Shown piece by piece: positions 60,233 through 64,000 of a stretch of 64,000 nt of DNA. Each line of letters starts with the position of its first letter. Within the stretch, counting starts at the first letter, position 1. This DNA comes from Amphiscolops sp. MND2022. Lineage: Eukaryota. The position numbers were made by a program, and so were the translations under genes. The notes beneath the pieces were generated by a model. The model was not told the origin of the DNA and made no database searches. It saw nothing but the letters and a program-made list of their open reading frames with translations. The stretch lies in the NCBI GenBank assembly GCA_964187785.1, contig OZ076413.1:42224001-42288000 (forward strand). Direction: 5' to 3'.

Positions 60233-63200
60233 TACTTTTTTGAGTTTTTGGCTGCCTAAGTAAAAGCGTTGAGTGTTGTTGAGCATCGCTGATTCAACCA
60301 ATCATATTTTACAAACAGCCACGCGGTTGTTCAACTGAGCAAGACCACCAGGTTGAAGTTGCGTTTTGAAGGCATCGAAGTTCGAAGAATTTTCGAATTT
60401 GTGATTATGTTACGCTCCAGCGAATTTTTATTTTGTATGCCACACGCTTTTGTTTTTTTTTCAAAAGAAAAACAAAAAACGTGAAATTGGTAATTTCAGC
60501 GTTCTTTATTTGAACTAGAGGTGGCGCATTGAATATATATTTCAAGAAATTCCAAATTTATGGCCAATAATAGCCTTGTGTTAACCACACTGCACTGTGG
60601 TTTTACTCCAATTGTGGCAGGTTGTACGTGTGTTCTAAGCTCTTCCAATACAGAGGGCCTGAGAGGAATACAATGTGTTCTATGTGCTAGGTCGTGTGTC
60701 GGATGCGTTAACTACACCGACTTGGTTATTTGCGGAGTTTGAAGTCAATGTCGGGGCAAAATTGGTACGTGATATTTCACTACATAAGTACTGCGTTCTC
60801 GTGTTATCTTTTGTATCGTGTAACTTTACCTTACAACGTTTATGCTCCTGCAACACTCTGCTTTCTTTCTCAAATTGGGGCAGCGCAATTCAGAGTTAGA
60901 AAGTTAGAGCGTAAGTTCAGCAATAAAAGTTAAAAGTACACACAGTAAAAACTTCATCGGATTCCTTGATATTTCCTGACAAAAAGTAAAAATTCTGGAA
61001 CAAGCTAATTTTGAACAGAAATGCCACTAATTTTTTTCGGCCATGAAATAAAACAGCAACTTTTAACTGTGAATCAATGTGGAAGATTATGTCGGCATTA
61101 ATTATATTGAACAGAAATTTCGCGCAAACGATGTCCACATAATGTTATTTGAACCTTGTTTCTTATTCCTCCTCCCGCGACCGCTTGGGAGGGGGAATAA
61201 ACAACATGGTCCGAGGCGTGAACATTATTCAATAAAAGCATATTGCATGACTTCCGGTTGTATTAAGTGTTGCCACAAAATGTTGAAAATATTGTTAAAC
61301 AATTGTTTTGGTAGTTTTGAGTCGTCAATTCTTGGTAACATTGCACAACGGCTCTTGCATTTACCTTTGACTGTTAAACGTGTTTCTTGTATATTTCTAT
61401 GAATACGTGCTTCTGGTATATTTCATGTGCTTCTAAGGCTTATAATGTGTCTTTCTAGGTTCTATTTGAGTTTCGACAAACAATTTTACTGGCAAGTTCA
61501 CAAACAGCCTAAGTCGAAACCAGAGGTTGTTGGCGACTATACAGAAATGTTCCAGCATTTCCGTTCGAAGGAGTCAGTAGTTCAACACTCTTTGACTTCT
61601 GAACTTTAGTTTGAATCGAGATCGAGCGAATTCAATCGATAGATCAGTGTAGCTCAATACTTCAGTTCAAAAAGAACACAGACGACTTTTCAGAATTTTT
61701 ACTCGCAAAATGTTACCGATTTGAAGTTAATAGCACGCATAAACAAGTCTGTAAGGGCATTCGTCGAGAAATTTATTAATCCAGTTTGCTGTTCAATAAA
61801 TGGTTAGCAGTGATTGTCATAGTGATTTATTGTTTATGAATTAGAACAGAAATCAAAAAGAAAGATTTCCGAAGAGCAGTTTGGTTAGTCAAATTTCAAT
61901 ACTTTATCTGTAACCTGGCATCAAACTGAGCTTTCATTTGATGGTTGGAATGATCCAACTCGTTTTGATACTCTTGCGCTTTTTTGAACTGATCGATCTG
62001 AAATGTTAACATCTGAATACATCATATGATCTGTGTCAAATCTGGTTGCCTTTTCGTCATGAGATGTGTAATTGATTGGTTAAAGCATATGAAATATTAC
62101 ATAAACCTTTGTAAGACCTTTTATAGTTTTCCTTTCTGTTCAAGACATTACAAAACCTCCAATTCAGCAGAATACGTTTCTCCGAGAATTTCTGGTCGCT
62201 AGCGAAAAGTATTTCTAGTTGTCTTTTTAGTAAGAAAAGCGCGCTGATTTTTCATTCGTAGCGCAGTGGCATGGTTACTTAATTTCATAGTCTCTTAGGC
62301 AAATGGCCCGAGGATGGAGGATGTGTTGTAAAGTCATTCAGTTGTAACGTATCATTATATAGGACAAGACGGGAACGTCTCATGTCGGCGCTACACCTGA
62401 GGCTCAAAAAGTGCAAACTTTTTAAAATATGCTCAGGACGTTTTTATGAAAAAACTCTAAGAAAAGTTTCGAAAAACCTAAACTACGGAACTGGCGCGCC
62501 GGATACCCGCTAGAGCGAGCTTCTGGAGCGCTAAAAAGGTACCATTTGGGATTTTTTTAACAACCTTCCTGTTGCAAAATATAAAAAACTTAAAAGGTGC
62601 AATCAAAAAATTTTCGAAAAAAGTATCATAGTGCTGATGAAAATCTAAGTTAAAAACACCACGAAAGCCAAAAGGGGAATCCTTAGCATGTTTTCGAGGT
62701 TCTGGACGTCCGGTTTTTTGGACGAGGGTCTGACATTTCGAGTATGTTTTGGAATTCCCTTCAAGTTGAACAAATGAACAAAAAAGTGGACCGTACGCGT
62801 TGAAAGAACTTCCCACTGTAAGAGTCGGTCACTTTTCTCAAAAAACGCCGTCTAAAGACTAATTATAAAGAATATCCAATCTACAAAGGTTTTTAATCGA
62901 AATATATTTGGGTAAAACGCACTCGTTTGAAGCGTTGTTTGAAACTAAAAAACGAAAAGCATCTTTCATGAGCATTTATTATTTTTTTAAAATTTCAAAT
63001 GGCTCTCGATTTAGTTCTTCTTTCACACTGGCCGACTGGAATCGATGCAAGGTGCAATTTACACATCTAAGGAAGTTCGAAAGACCGTAGATGTTCGTAG
63101 ACACTCAATTTCGCTAACGAAAAATATCTTTTTAATATTCGTTTGTCAAAAATGTTTCAGAAGCAAATTGTTTTGAAATCAAATACTTTCAACAATTGTT

Positions 63201-64000
63201 CGAAATTTATCATGAAAAAGTTCAAAAACTCACATTTGTGACAAAAATGCTAAAGACAAAGTTTGGCAATTTGGTTCAAAATTCCCTGCTCAAATGAAAA
63301 ATACAAAATACACTTTTTTCTGATGTTGGACTTGTTCTCTAACTTATGATACCAACTTGTTTCCTGCAAACGTTCTTTTCCAATAAAACTTACTTTCCAA
63401 AAACATCAAAAATACAAATGTGTCAATTTTGTTTTTTCTTTAGTTTTTGTTTCGACAGAACTACGAATTCTTCCGGTTGTTCATTTTTTAAGAGAACATA
63501 TTCGAAAGAAAAGTCAAGCATTAAAAATAAAAAAAACAGTGAGAAGCCTTTATAATTGACCCAGCACCTTTTTGTTCTCACCAGTTGTTTCTGAGATATT
63601 GCATCATTAAGTTTCAGAAAATTTTTCTCCAAAATACACTTCGATACTAAAAAAATTACAGACAGCTAACTTCAGAGACAAAAACTTGTCCAAAGCGCAT
63701 TTTTGAGGCTTTGAGCTTCGCTCCTAATTTTCAATATTTTGTGGCAAATTGCTTGAACCCGAGAATATGCATGGAAACCTATGTTTTTGCTGAAAATTGT
63801 GCGAAATCCTAGACTAAATTTTAGTCGAAAAAGTTTCTTTTAAATTCGACTTCATGGTTTGTTTCTGCGGAAAAGTTGAGGAAAAACGTGAGTTTGACTG
63901 TTTCTCCTCTTTGATCTCCTACATCTCAGAACCAAAACAAAAACAGATTCATAGTTCCGTAAATTGTACGAATTTTTTGTAGGCTAAATTTAAGTCCAAA

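Overview
AT-rich, intron-containing, repeat-dense eukaryotic (animal-like) genomic DNA. The dominant feature is a young 17.9-kb Ty3/Gypsy-type LTR element (38522-56412; 1578-bp near-identical LTRs, CAAG target-site duplication, PBS, PPT) organised like a complex retrovirus. It has gag, a -1 frameshift into pol (PR, TARG1-like macrodomain, RT, RNase H, IN), four small ORFs that appear to be paralogues, an antisense gene, three tandem copies of a double-pseudoknot RNA motif with a compensatory base change, a chuvirus-like envelope glycoprotein, an ATG-less Pro/acidic-basic ORF and a PAM2-coiled-coil-TRAF(MATH) ORF. The element appears to sit antisense inside a ~40-kb intron of a minus-strand coiled-coil host gene (exons 14114-17199 and 57052-58079). 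That intron also holds a 12.2-kb TIR-bounded insertion carrying PAN-domain and C-type-lectin gene fragments, Helitron/Helentron-like repeats and a 1.56-kb tandem duplication. Elsewhere are a decayed BEL/Pao element, a probable solo LTR, a LINE relic and several MITEs. All family assignments come from motif recognition by eye, not from database searches.
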